Positions 9,197 through 17,418 of a stretch of 64,000 bases of DNA are shown here, piece after piece. The DNA lies in NCBI GenBank assembly GCA_001775755.1, contig MEYF01000099.1:5739-69738 (forward strand), given 5' to 3'. Numbering within the stretch: the stretch's first letter is position 1; every line of letters begins with the position of its first letter. Origin of the DNA: Candidatus Aminicenantes bacterium RBG_19FT_COMBO_65_30 (GTDB lineage Bacteria > Acidobacteriota > Aminicenantia > Aminicenantales > Saccharicenantaceae). Made by a program: the position numbers and the translations under genes. The notes beneath the pieces are model-generated. The model had not been told where the DNA came from. It saw only the letters and a program-made list of their open reading frames with translations, and ran no database searches.

Positions 9197-9796
9197 TTAC
9201 CAGCGCCGCCAGCGGAGGAACGGGCGGTGGCGCAAGGCTCTCAGCCGGGCCATGCGCTCAGGGCCGAAACCGGGTTCCATGAACCGTCCCATGCGCGGTC
9301 CGTGTAAGCCCATCCGGCCCAACGCCATACGGCCCCGCCCGGCGGCCGCCGGCCGGCCTTCGAACCTCGACCGGAGGGCTTTCATCTTCTCCAACTGTTC
9401 AGGCGTGAAGATCTTGTCCCTGTCGGCCCTGTTCCTGAAGGCCGCTTTCTCCCGTCCCGACCGGAGCTCCGCGGTTCTGTCGATGAGCGCGTCGATCTTC
9501 GCCTGGTTGGCCCCGGGGTCCTTGGCCAGCTCGCGTATCTCGGCGCGGAGCTTCGTCATCTCCTCGCGGAAGGCCTTGTTCTCCTCCGTGCGGGCCTTCC
9601 GGAATTCCCCGAGGGCCTTCTCCTGTTCGGGCGTGATATCGAGGGCTTCCCGGGCGAGCATCCTCGCTGGCCGCTCGGACCGGGCCGGCGGAGCGGTCTT
9701 CGCCTCCTGGGCGGCGGCGAAAACGGGGAAGATCAGGGCGGCAGCGAAAGCGAGGGCCGCCGCGCCGATGATCAGTCTTTTTGATGTCGTTCTCAT
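9197..9796 (-). CDS. Periplasmic Spy/CpxP/ZraP-family protein (LTXXQ motifs)
   Basis: Signal peptide and two LTXXQ-like motifs (LDITPEQEKAL, IFTPEQLEKM); 199 aa. Confidence 0.65.
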   Translation of the reverse strand: MRTTSKRLIIGAAALAFAAALIFPVFAAAQEAKTAPPARSERPARMLAREALDITPEQEKALGEFRKARTEENKAFREEMTKLRAEIRELAKDPGANQAKIDALIDRTAELRSGREKAAFRNRADRDKIFTPEQLEKMKALRSRFEGRPAAAGRGRMALGRMGLHGPRMGRFMEPGFGPERMARLRALRHRPFLRWRRW

Positions 9797-10084
9797 GATG
9801 AGCCTCCTACGGGTCGTTACATTCCTTTAGACGGAGGAGACGCAAAAACCTTTGAAGAGGGAGAGTCCCGATAAATCGACGAAAAACCCGTGAGGCCGCG
9901 GAAGAAGGGGCCGAGCGGTGTCCCGGAGTGAGCATGAAGCGGTTATTTAGCCGTCATCGGGACGGAGACGTCCAAGTCGGCTCCGGACCGGGAAGGCGTG
10001 AAGAATAACCGCAGCGAACGGAGGGATCCACGAGGCCCCTCCGCGGCCGGTTCGGGAGGGACGGCCCCCTGCGGGGACAGTCCC

Positions 10085-11050
10085 CTAGCGGTGGCGCAGC
10101 CGGTCCAGGGCGACGGCGATGACGATGATCGCCCCGATGATGATCTCCTGGATGTAGTTCGGCCAGCCCATCATCGTGCAGCCGTTGCGGAGGAAGGACA
10201 TGATCAGGACGCCGATCATGGTGCCGAGGATGCTCCCCTCGCCTCCGCTCAGGCTCCCGCCGCCGATGACGACGGCGGCGATGATGTCGAGCTCGAGCCC
10301 CACGGCCACCGTCGGGTCGCCGACCGTCAACCGGGAGAACTCCATGACGCCGCTCAAGCCGCAGAAAAGGCCGGAGAGGACGTAAACCAGCACCTTGACC
10401 CGGTTCGTCCGGATGCCGCAGAGCCGGGCCGTCGACTCGTTCGAGCCGATGGCGAAGACGTGCCGGCCGAAGACGGTATATTTAAGGACGACGGCCAGGA
10501 CCACGGCGAAGAGGATGACGACCCAGATCCCCGGGGCCAGGAGCAGCCAGGAGGGACGGGGGCTCTTGGCCATGAGCTCGTTGACCCAGGTCATGGGCGC
10601 GTCGATCTTCTGGTTGCCGGCGATCCACTTGGCCGCTCCCCGGGCGATACCCATCATGCCCAGGGTGACGATGAACGGGATGAGCCTGAGCCGCGTCACG
10701 AGGGCCCCGTTAGCCAGGCCGACCAGGCCGCCGGTGAGCACGCCGAGGACGAGGGCGGCGAGAGGCGGCAGGCCGGCGTTGACGGCGTAGGCCGCGATGA
10801 CGCTCGACAGGGCGATGTTGGAGGCCGCCGAGAGGTCGATGCCGCCGGTGATGATGATGAAGGTCATGCCGAGCGCGCCCAGGGCCACGATAACGGACTG
10901 GGTGGCGACGCTCTTGAAGTTGGCGAACCTCAGGAACCGGCCCTGGACCTCGGGGATCAGGGAGAACAGGGCGATGACGAGGACGAGGCCGATGAACGGG
11001 CCGAGGACGTTGAGGGCTTTTTGGAGTCCGGCTGGACGTTGACGGCTCAT
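10085..11050 (-). CDS. Sugar ABC transporter permease (CUT2 family, RbsC/XylH-like)
   Basis: MSRQRPAGLQKALNVLGPFIGLVL... with about 8-10 TM helices. Its ATG overlaps the ATPase stop (ATGA). It is the C-terminal part of the fused 10085..12925 ORF in the track. Confidence 0.85.
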   Translation of the reverse strand: MSRQRPAGLQKALNVLGPFIGLVLVIALFSLIPEVQGRFLRFANFKSVATQSVIVALGALGMTFIIITGGIDLSAASNIALSSVIAAYAVNAGLPPLAALVLGVLTGGLVGLANGALVTRLRLIPFIVTLGMMGIARGAAKWIAGNQKIDAPMTWVNELMAKSPRPSWLLLAPGIWVVILFAVVLAVVLKYTVFGRHVFAIGSNESTARLCGIRTNRVKVLVYVLSGLFCGLSGVMEFSRLTVGDPTVAVGLELDIIAAVVIGGGSLSGGEGSILGTMIGVLIMSFLRNGCTMMGWPNYIQEIIIGAIIVIAVALDRLRHR

Positions 11051-12591
11051 TCCGCGATCCTTTGACCCATAGTATTGTCCCGGGCCGCCCGGCCGACGGT
11101 GGCCGCGGCCATCAAGCTTGGGGCGTCCCACTCCGGGATCGGCCGGGATTCGACGAGAGCGCCCCGATGGAAGACGGCGATCCTGTCGCATATCCCGAGG
11201 AGCTCGGGGAGGTAGGAACTGACGAAGAGGACGGCCTTCCCCTCCCGGGCGAGCTCGCCGATCCATTCGTAGATCTGGGCCTTGCTGACGACATCGATGC
11301 CGCGCGTCGGCTCGTCGAGGAGGAGGATCGAGGCCTTTTGATGGAGGAGCCTGGCTAGGGCGACCTTCTGCTGGTTCCCGCCTGAGAGGTCGCCGACCGT
11401 TTGGGCCGGACCCTTGGTCTTGATCTTCAGCTTCCCGATCAAATCGGACACGGCCCGGCGCTGGCGCCCGGGCCGAAGGAGACCGTGGCGCCGGTAGGGG
11501 GCGAGATCGCTCAGGGTCATGTTGTCGGCCACGGACAGGCTGAGGGCCAGGCCCTCCCCCTGCCTGTCCTCGCTGAGGAGGCCGAGGCCGCGGCTGATGC
11601 GGGTCCAGGGCGTTCTCCCCGCGAGCTCGGCCCCGGAGATGACGACCGAGCCGCCCTCGGCCTCGTCGAGCCCGAACAGGGTCCGTAGCATCTCCGACCG
11701 GCCGGAGCCGACGAGTCCGGCGATGCCCAGGATCTCGCCCTTCGACAGGGTCAGGCTGACGGGCGCCGTCATCTTCGTCCCCTTCAATCGGTCGAGGGAC
11801 AGGACGGCCTCCCCGACGGCGTGCTCGACCCGGGGGAAGAGTTGCGTGAATTTCTGGCCGACCATGAGCTGGATGATGTCCTCGAGCCGGGTCCCCTCCA
11901 TTTTCCCGGAGCCGACGCTCCGGCCGTCCCGGAGGACCGTGTAGGAGTCGGCCACCTTTTGGACCTCCTCGAGGAAGTGGCTGATGTAGATGACGCTGAC
12001 GTCCTGGCCCTTGAGCCCGCGGATGATCTCGAAGAGCCGCAGGCTGTCTTCCTGGGTCAGCGAGCTCGTCGGCTCGTCCATGACCAGGATACGGGACCTG
12101 TTGAGCAAGGCCCGGGCGATCTCGACGATCTGCTTCGCCCCCACGCTCAGCCTGCCGACGGGGATGGCGGGCGAGATCTCGGGATGACGGACGAGCTCGA
12201 GGGCCTCCCGGGCCTTCCGTCTCGTGGCCTCCCGGTCGAGCCAGCCCGCCGCGTGGACCTCGCGGCCGAGCACGATATTCTCCTCGACCGTGAGATGCGG
12301 GGCCAGGGTGAGCTCTTGGTAGATCATGGAGATGCCGCCCCGGAGGCCGTCGCCGGGGCCGGCCGGGGCGTAGGGCCGGCCGTCGATTTCCATCCGGCCG
12401 GCGTCGGGCGCGATGGCGCCGCTGAGGATCTTCATCATCGTGCTCTTGCCGGCGCCGTTCTCGCCGATAAGGGCGTGGACTTCGCCCCGGCCGAGCTCGA
12501 AGCTGACGTCGTCGAGGGCTCGGGTCGCGCCGAAGCTCTTGCTCACCCCGGCCATGCGGAGGACGGGGGGCTCGGCGGGCGCGATCGTCAT
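11047..12591 (-). CDS. Sugar ABC transporter ATP-binding protein with two ABC domains (RbsA/XylG-like)
   Basis: GENGAGKST Walker A, LSVGAKQ, a second domain GLVGSGRSE...LSGGNQQK; 514 aa. Confidence 0.9.
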   Translation of the reverse strand: MTIAPAEPPVLRMAGVSKSFGATRALDDVSFELGRGEVHALIGENGAGKSTMMKILSGAIAPDAGRMEIDGRPYAPAGPGDGLRGGISMIYQELTLAPHLTVEENIVLGREVHAAGWLDREATRRKAREALELVRHPEISPAIPVGRLSVGAKQIVEIARALLNRSRILVMDEPTSSLTQEDSLRLFEIIRGLKGQDVSVIYISHFLEEVQKVADSYTVLRDGRSVGSGKMEGTRLEDIIQLMVGQKFTQLFPRVEHAVGEAVLSLDRLKGTKMTAPVSLTLSKGEILGIAGLVGSGRSEMLRTLFGLDEAEGGSVVISGAELAGRTPWTRISRGLGLLSEDRQGEGLALSLSVADNMTLSDLAPYRRHGLLRPGRQRRAVSDLIGKLKIKTKGPAQTVGDLSGGNQQKVALARLLHQKASILLLDEPTRGIDVVSKAQIYEWIGELAREGKAVLFVSSYLPELLGICDRIAVFHRGALVESRPIPEWDAPSLMAAATVGRAARDNTMGQRIAE

Positions 12592-13592
12592 CAGTCGATG
12601 ATCTGGGAGAGGTCGGGCGACAACAGGGGCCTGATCGCCGGGTCGTCCATGTTGTCCGCCGTGGCCAGGGCGACGCCGGTATCGATGATCTTCTCGACGG
12701 GCTCGCCCCGGAGGTGGGCGACGATGGTCTTGACCCCGAGATAGCCCATCTTGAACGGGCTCTGGAGCACGAGGCCCTGGATGTGGCCGTCCCGGAGGCC
12801 CTGGACGAGCTTGGGCGAACTGTCGAAGCCGACGAAGACGACCTTGCCGGCGAGGCGTGATTCCTGGAGGGCCCGGAGGGTGCCGAAGGTGCTTGACTCG
12901 TTGGGGGCGAAGACGCCCTCGACATCGGGGAAGCGGCTGATCAGATTCTCGGCGAGCTGGTAGGCGGTCTCGGTCGTCGCCCCCGCGTATTGGTCCTGAA
13001 CGAGGAGGACGAGGCCGGGGAATTCATTCTTGACGGTGTCGTAGAACCCGGCTTCCCTCTGCACGGTGCTGGCCGAGCCCTCCTGGTAGCGGATGAGGAA
13101 GATCCGGCCCTTGCCGCCGAGGAGCTCGCCGAGCCGGCGGGCGGCCAGAACGCCGCCCTTGTAGTTGTCCGTGGCGACGTAGCTCGCGAAGTCGCTTCCC
13201 TGCAGGGCGGAGTCGATGATGACGACCGGGATCTTCTCCCTGACGGCGTCTTGCACGGGCCGCATGAGGGCCCGGTCGTCGAGCGGCGCCAGGACGATCC
13301 CGTCGACGCCGCGGCTGATGAAATCCTCGACCACGGTGATCTGCTGGGCCCGGTCGTCCTCTTTCTGCGGGCCCTTCCAGATGACCTCGACGCCGAGCTC
13401 CCGGGCCGCCCGGACCGCGCCCGCGTGGATGGACTTCCAGAACTCATGCGTCGTCCCCTTGGGAATGACGGCGATCTGGAGGATCTTGCCCTCACCCGGG
13501 CCGGGGGCGTCGGAGGACTTCTTGGCGCAGGCCGCGAGGGCCAACGACAGGCACAGACATCCGCTGAGGACTTTGGGGGCGAGGGATTTCAT
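12591..13592 (-). CDS. Sugar ABC transporter periplasmic substrate-binding lipoprotein (RbsB-like)
   Basis: MKSLAPKVLSGCLCLSLALAAC lipobox and a periplasmic-binding-protein type I fold pattern. The stop overlaps the ATPase start. Confidence 0.8.
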   Translation of the reverse strand: MKSLAPKVLSGCLCLSLALAACAKKSSDAPGPGEGKILQIAVIPKGTTHEFWKSIHAGAVRAARELGVEVIWKGPQKEDDRAQQITVVEDFISRGVDGIVLAPLDDRALMRPVQDAVREKIPVVIIDSALQGSDFASYVATDNYKGGVLAARRLGELLGGKGRIFLIRYQEGSASTVQREAGFYDTVKNEFPGLVLLVQDQYAGATTETAYQLAENLISRFPDVEGVFAPNESSTFGTLRALQESRLAGKVVFVGFDSSPKLVQGLRDGHIQGLVLQSPFKMGYLGVKTIVAHLRGEPVEKIIDTGVALATADNMDDPAIRPLLSPDLSQIID

Positions 13593-13598
13593 GGCCGC

Positions 13599-13627
13599 AG
13601 TATACTCAGAAGGAAAGGAGCCGTCAA
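13599..13627 (-). promoter_or_regulatory. Sigma70 promoter TTGACG-17-TATACT ending 6 nt before the ATG of the binding-protein gene; a leaderless transcript is predicted
   Basis: Minus-strand sequence tttgacggctcctttccttctgagtatactgcggccATG. There is no SD sequence. Confidence 0.45.
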
Positions 13628-13639
13628 AGAAACCGCCGA

Positions 13640-13690
13640 AAAAATAGGGGGGAACCACCTTCGGGGAAGGCCGCAAAGGTGGTTCCCCGT
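13640..13690 (-). terminator. Hairpin with an 11-bp stem (gggaaccacct...aggtggttccc) followed by a T-run on the minus strand, downstream of the small gene
   Basis: The inverted repeat and T6 are seen directly. Confidence 0.45.
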
Positions 13691-13739
13691 CCATGCCGGG
13701 AACCGGGGCTCCCGGCGTCGCTCGCCGGAGGAAAAGGCC

Positions 13740-13937
13740 TTACTTCTTCTTCAGGATGGGCATCCCGGTCTTGGTCGTCTCTTGGACGACGTAAGCCGCG
13801 GGGACCGCATCCAGCGCGCCGGGCCGGATGTCGCGGGCGAAGAAGTAGATGGTCTGCTTGCGGCCGCCCTTCAGCAGGACGTCCTTGGAGTGCAGGAAGT
13901 AGCTGACCCCTCGCGAATTCTTGAATTCATACGCCAT
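13740..13937 (-). CDS. Small hypothetical protein (65 aa; MAYEFKNSRGVSYFLHSKDVLLKGGRKQTIYFF...)
   Basis: GGAGG RBS and own terminator. I did not recognise a family. Confidence 0.5.
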   Translation of the reverse strand: MAYEFKNSRGVSYFLHSKDVLLKGGRKQTIYFFARDIRPGALDAVPAAYVVQETTKTGMPILKKK

Positions 13938-14049
13938 GTCTATTACCTCCGTAATTGAAATGATATTACTCCTGTCGGCCTTGTTCAACTAATATAGAAA
14001 ATCCCGCCTGATGTCAAGGCCGGGAAGAGGGAAACCGCCGGCCGCGAAG

Positions 14050-14343
14050 TCACTGGATGAAATCGACCGTGGGCGGCATGTCCGCCGGGATGATCGTCCC
14101 GTAGGCGTCCTCGTAGCGCTTGATGTTCGCCTGCAGGGCCTCGAGGAAGCGCTTGGCGTGGGCCGGGCTGACGATGATGCGGGCCACGAGCTTGCCGAAG
14201 GGCCCGTCGGGGAAGAGGAAGGCGAAGTCGAACAGGAACTCCTCCCGCGAGTGGCGGATGGCGGCGAGGCTGGCGTATTGGCCGAGCGCGACCGCCTCGT
14301 CGACCTTGATCTCGACCTTTTTCGGATCCGTTTTTTGGTCCAT
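14050..14343 (-). CDS. DUF3467-like protein
   Basis: 97 aa with LGQYASLAAIRHSREEFLFDFAFLFP and a GGAGG RBS. Confidence 0.6.
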   Translation of the reverse strand: MDQKTDPKKVEIKVDEAVALGQYASLAAIRHSREEFLFDFAFLFPDGPFGKLVARIIVSPAHAKRFLEALQANIKRYEDAYGTIIPADMPPTVDFIQ

Positions 14344-14664
14344 GGTCCCTCCCGAGTCCGGATGACCCTTCCATTGTGGGATGAAACGGCAAGGAAATCA
14401 ATAGGATGGAGGCCGCGAAAAAAAAAGAGAAAAAAAGAAAATAACGCTTTACAACGCGTTTCGAAGTGCTATAATAATAGTGGCTTTCTTGAGCGGGCTG
14501 GAGAAAGCCCCCACCTTTTTGGTTCCCATCATCAACCCCCCTTTTGCTGACAACAGCCCGCACTTCTCCGCGCACGGCACATCGGATAAAAAATATCACG
14601 CGGGCGCAAGGCGGAACCGGCGAGCGTCCGCGGTCTGGGCCGCCGGAGCGCCGCGCGGATCCGT

Positions 14665-16137
14665 TCAGTCGGTGTAATAGAGGATCGTCCGCAGGACGGC
14701 CGCCTCGCAGACCCGGCAGAAGGGTTTCGTGCCCTTGGTGAACATCAGGCAGTCGAGCTGCGGGCGGAAGAGGCCCTGGGCCGCGTAGCCGGCGCCTTCG
14801 AACGCGCCGACCTTGTCCCGGAACTTGCTGGCCCGCAGGAAGGCGTCGACCTTGTCCGCGTGCTCCCGAGACAGTCGCTCGGATTCCTCCTCGACGCGGG
14901 CGACGTCGGCCGCGGCCGCCCCTTCCCTTTTCATCCTGGCGATCTTGCCGTTGATGTCGGCCCGGATCTTCTGGTAGGCGTTGTCCATGTCGTCGAACTC
15001 CGCTTTTTCCCAGAGGGTCGGGACGCCGATCCCGGCGCTGGCAAGGCTCTTCCACTTCAGCTTGTCCGGCTCGAGCAGGGCGGTGATGTTCGGCTCGGCC
15101 GGCTCGACGCCGGCGGGATAGAACTCGTTATAGGCGACTTGGGAGGTGTAGTATTCGTCGGCCAGGCCGGTGAAGGAATGGCCGAATTCGTGGAGGAAGA
15201 GGTATTCGTACCACTGGTTGTCGGTCGTGAACGTGCAGTAGAGGTTATAGATCCCGCCGCCGCCGTACCTCGTGTGGTTGACCATGATGTACAGAGCGTC
15301 GTAGGGTACGTGGGCGGCGATGTCGCGCAGGCTCTTGTTGTCCTCGGTCAGGAGGTAGCGCTCGGAGCCGAGGGAGTCGAAGGTCGTACTGACGGCCGTC
15401 GCTTTGAACGAGCCGTGGCTCGGCTCGTCGCAGCCGCTCTCCGGCGAGGGCTTGAAGACGCCGTAGAGGTTGAACTTGTCCCGGTGGGACTTGTACGGCT
15501 CGAGCTTGAAAAAGACGGCGGCGAAGCGGTCGAGGTCGGCTTTGAGCTTGGCCTCCTCGGCGGCCGTGTAGCCCTCGGCGACGATGGCCACGTCGACCTT
15601 ACGGCTGGGCTCGCCGGACTTGAGGACTTCGAAGACCTTGACCCCGGGGACGAGTTCCTCGCGGATGACCGTCACGGCCGCCGGGTCGATGACCTGGCTG
15701 AACAGGACCTCGTAGGCGTTCTTGCGGTCCTTCGCCTCGACCGTGAACCGGACGGGCTTCCGCGGATACGGCAGGAGGGCGGACTCGTGGTAGGTCCGGC
15801 GGACGCCTTGGAGGGCCGGCTCGGAAGTCTTGTATTCGCCGCAGTAGCTGTCGAAGCCCTTGCTGAAGATGAGCGTCCCGCTCGCCGCGTCGTAAACCTT
15901 GATCAAGTAGCGGCCGAGGTTGAACGGGTCGATGAGGTTCGTCCGGCTGCCCGCCCAGAGGCCTTGGTCGAAGACCTGGTCCAAAGTGACCGTCTCCTCG
16001 GAGGAGTTGCCGGCGTGGAAATAATCGACGCGCATGGTCTTGTCGACGAACCAGGCGTCGAAGGCCGGCCCTTTCTGGGCCCGGGCGCAGCCGGCGATGA
16101 CGGCGGCCAGGGTGATGATCACGAGAAAGCGTTTCAT
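14665..16137 (-). CDS. Peptidase M64-family (IgA-peptidase-like) zinc metalloprotease lipoprotein
   Basis: Lipobox VIAGC and an HEFGH zinc motif; 490 aa. Confidence 0.75.
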   Translation of the reverse strand: MKRFLVIITLAAVIAGCARAQKGPAFDAWFVDKTMRVDYFHAGNSSEETVTLDQVFDQGLWAGSRTNLIDPFNLGRYLIKVYDAASGTLIFSKGFDSYCGEYKTSEPALQGVRRTYHESALLPYPRKPVRFTVEAKDRKNAYEVLFSQVIDPAAVTVIREELVPGVKVFEVLKSGEPSRKVDVAIVAEGYTAAEEAKLKADLDRFAAVFFKLEPYKSHRDKFNLYGVFKPSPESGCDEPSHGSFKATAVSTTFDSLGSERYLLTEDNKSLRDIAAHVPYDALYIMVNHTRYGGGGIYNLYCTFTTDNQWYEYLFLHEFGHSFTGLADEYYTSQVAYNEFYPAGVEPAEPNITALLEPDKLKWKSLASAGIGVPTLWEKAEFDDMDNAYQKIRADINGKIARMKREGAAAADVARVEEESERLSREHADKVDAFLRASKFRDKVGAFEGAGYAAQGLFRPQLDCLMFTKGTKPFCRVCEAAVLRTILYYTD

Positions 16138-16148
16138 GATTCCCTCCC

Positions 16149-16997
16149 TCAGGACGGCCGGACGATCTTGCCGGCGGTCTCTTTGATGATCTTGAAAGCG
16201 GCGGCGGCGGTGATGCCCGCGGGGTCGCGCCCGGGATTCAATTCGACGATGTCCAGGCCGACGATCTTCCCCTTGAGCGCCTGGATGACCTGGACGGCTT
16301 GGCGGGTCGAGAGCCCGCCCGGCTCGTGGTGGGATACGCCCGGGGCGAAGGCCGGATCGAGCGCGTCCATGTCGAAGGAGATATAGACGGGGTTGACGAA
16401 GCGGAGATGGAGCGGGCCCTCGATCTCCTTCATCTCGATCATCCGGACGCCGTGCTTGAGGGCCTTGGCCCGGTGGGCGGCCGTGATGGCCCGTACGCCC
16501 ACTTGGACGACGCTGGCGGCCAGCCCGTCCTCGAGGATGCGGGCGAAGGGACAGGCGTGCGACAGCCGGTCGCCGTAGAGATCGTCATAGAGGTCCGGGT
16601 GGGCGTCGAAGTGGAGGACGTCGAGCGGCTTGTAGCGGCGGGCGAAGGCCTTGAGCACGGGATAGGTGATGGAATGGTCGCCGCCAAGGACGATGGGGAC
16701 GGCGCCGATGTCCAGGACCATCGCGACGGCCTTCTCCGTCAGGGCGAATGATTTGTCCGGATCGCCGGAGGTGTCGACGTCGCCGAGGTCGACCATGACC
16801 GTGTCCTCTTCCAGGTTGACTCCGAGCTCAGTGGCGCCGCAGTAGCACTTGCCGGTGGAGACGGCCCGGACCGCGGCCGGGCCCCCGGCGGCGCCCCGGA
16901 GATAGCTCGATTTCTCGTCGAACGGCACGCCGAGGATGGCGATCTTGTAGTCGGGGTTCTCGGACAGCGGCTTGACGGCTCCGCCGAAATCGGACAT
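16149..16997 (-). CDS. Ureohydrolase of the arginase/agmatinase family (agmatinase-like)
   Basis: GGDHSIT, DAHPDL and SFDMDALDPAFAPGVSHHEPGGL motifs. GGAGG RBS. It lies in an operon with the M64 peptidase. Confidence 0.8.
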   Translation of the reverse strand: MSDFGGAVKPLSENPDYKIAILGVPFDEKSSYLRGAAGGPAAVRAVSTGKCYCGATELGVNLEEDTVMVDLGDVDTSGDPDKSFALTEKAVAMVLDIGAVPIVLGGDHSITYPVLKAFARRYKPLDVLHFDAHPDLYDDLYGDRLSHACPFARILEDGLAASVVQVGVRAITAAHRAKALKHGVRMIEMKEIEGPLHLRFVNPVYISFDMDALDPAFAPGVSHHEPGGLSTRQAVQVIQALKGKIVGLDIVELNPGRDPAGITAAAAFKIIKETAGKIVRPS

Positions 16998-17026
16998 CGT
17001 CGACCTCCTGAGGGAAAGCTCTCCCG

Positions 17027-17032
17027 ATTATA
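17027..17032 (-). promoter_or_regulatory. TATAAT -10 hexamer on the minus strand about 30 nt upstream of the ureohydrolase ATG
   Basis: cggTATAATcgggagag...ggaggtcgacgATG on the minus strand. Confidence 0.35.
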
Positions 17033-17150
17033 CCGGATTTGACTCCCCCGCCCAAGAGTCAGGATGGTTATATATTTATAAGCTCTTCCAATCCCGGGTG
17101 CGCTACGGCGGCGACGCCGCGGGATTGGGAGATGACCGAAAAAGGGGCCG

Positions 17151-17189
17151 AAAAAAAAACGGGGGAGAGAGATCCTCCCTCTCCCTTTT
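17151..17189. terminator. Bidirectional-terminator-like element (A9, hairpin gggagag/ctctccc, T4) lying between divergent gene starts
   Basis: aaaaaaaaacgggggagagagatcctccctctcccttttc, seen directly. No annotated gene ends here on either strand. Confidence 0.4.
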
Positions 17190-17306
17190 CACAACCTTGG
17201 CACCGCCTCTTTCGAGGCCGTCGCGACCTAAAGGCTGCGACCGGGAGCAGAATCGCATGGGGCCCCCGGGGGGTCAATCGCCGTCCGCGGTGATTCCGGC
17301 GATGAG

Positions 17307-17321
17307 AAAACGGACCGTTTT
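17307..17321. promoter_or_regulatory. 15-bp palindrome AAAACGG-A-CCGTTTT about 60 bp upstream of the ABC-2 promoter -35
   Basis: Perfect 7-bp arms seen directly; a candidate operator. Confidence 0.3.
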
Positions 17322-17382
17322 TCACCCCCAAAGGCTAGCCCGCGGCCGGCCGCGGGCGCCTTCCTCTGAAGCCGGAACGTGG

Positions 17383-17410
17383 TTGACTTTGGGGCGCCGT
17401 TTCATAAAAT
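17383..17410 (+). promoter_or_regulatory. Sigma70 promoter TTGACT-16-TAAAAT for the ABC-2 operon
   Basis: ggTTGACTttggggcgccgtttcaTAAAATagggagcgATG. Confidence 0.45.
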
Positions 17411-17418
17411 AGGGAGCG

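Noticed and set aside
10085-12925. 946-aa minus-strand ORF in the track
   Set aside because: Only its C-terminal 321 aa (the permease) is genuine. Upstream it reads through the ATPase gene in a different frame and gives an Arg/Pro/Gly-rich nonsense translation.
13985-15055. 356-aa minus ORF and 508-aa plus ORF (14860-16386) overlapping DUF3467 and the M64 peptidase
   Set aside because: Their composition is Arg/Gly/Pro-biased and they conflict with recognisable genes in other frames.
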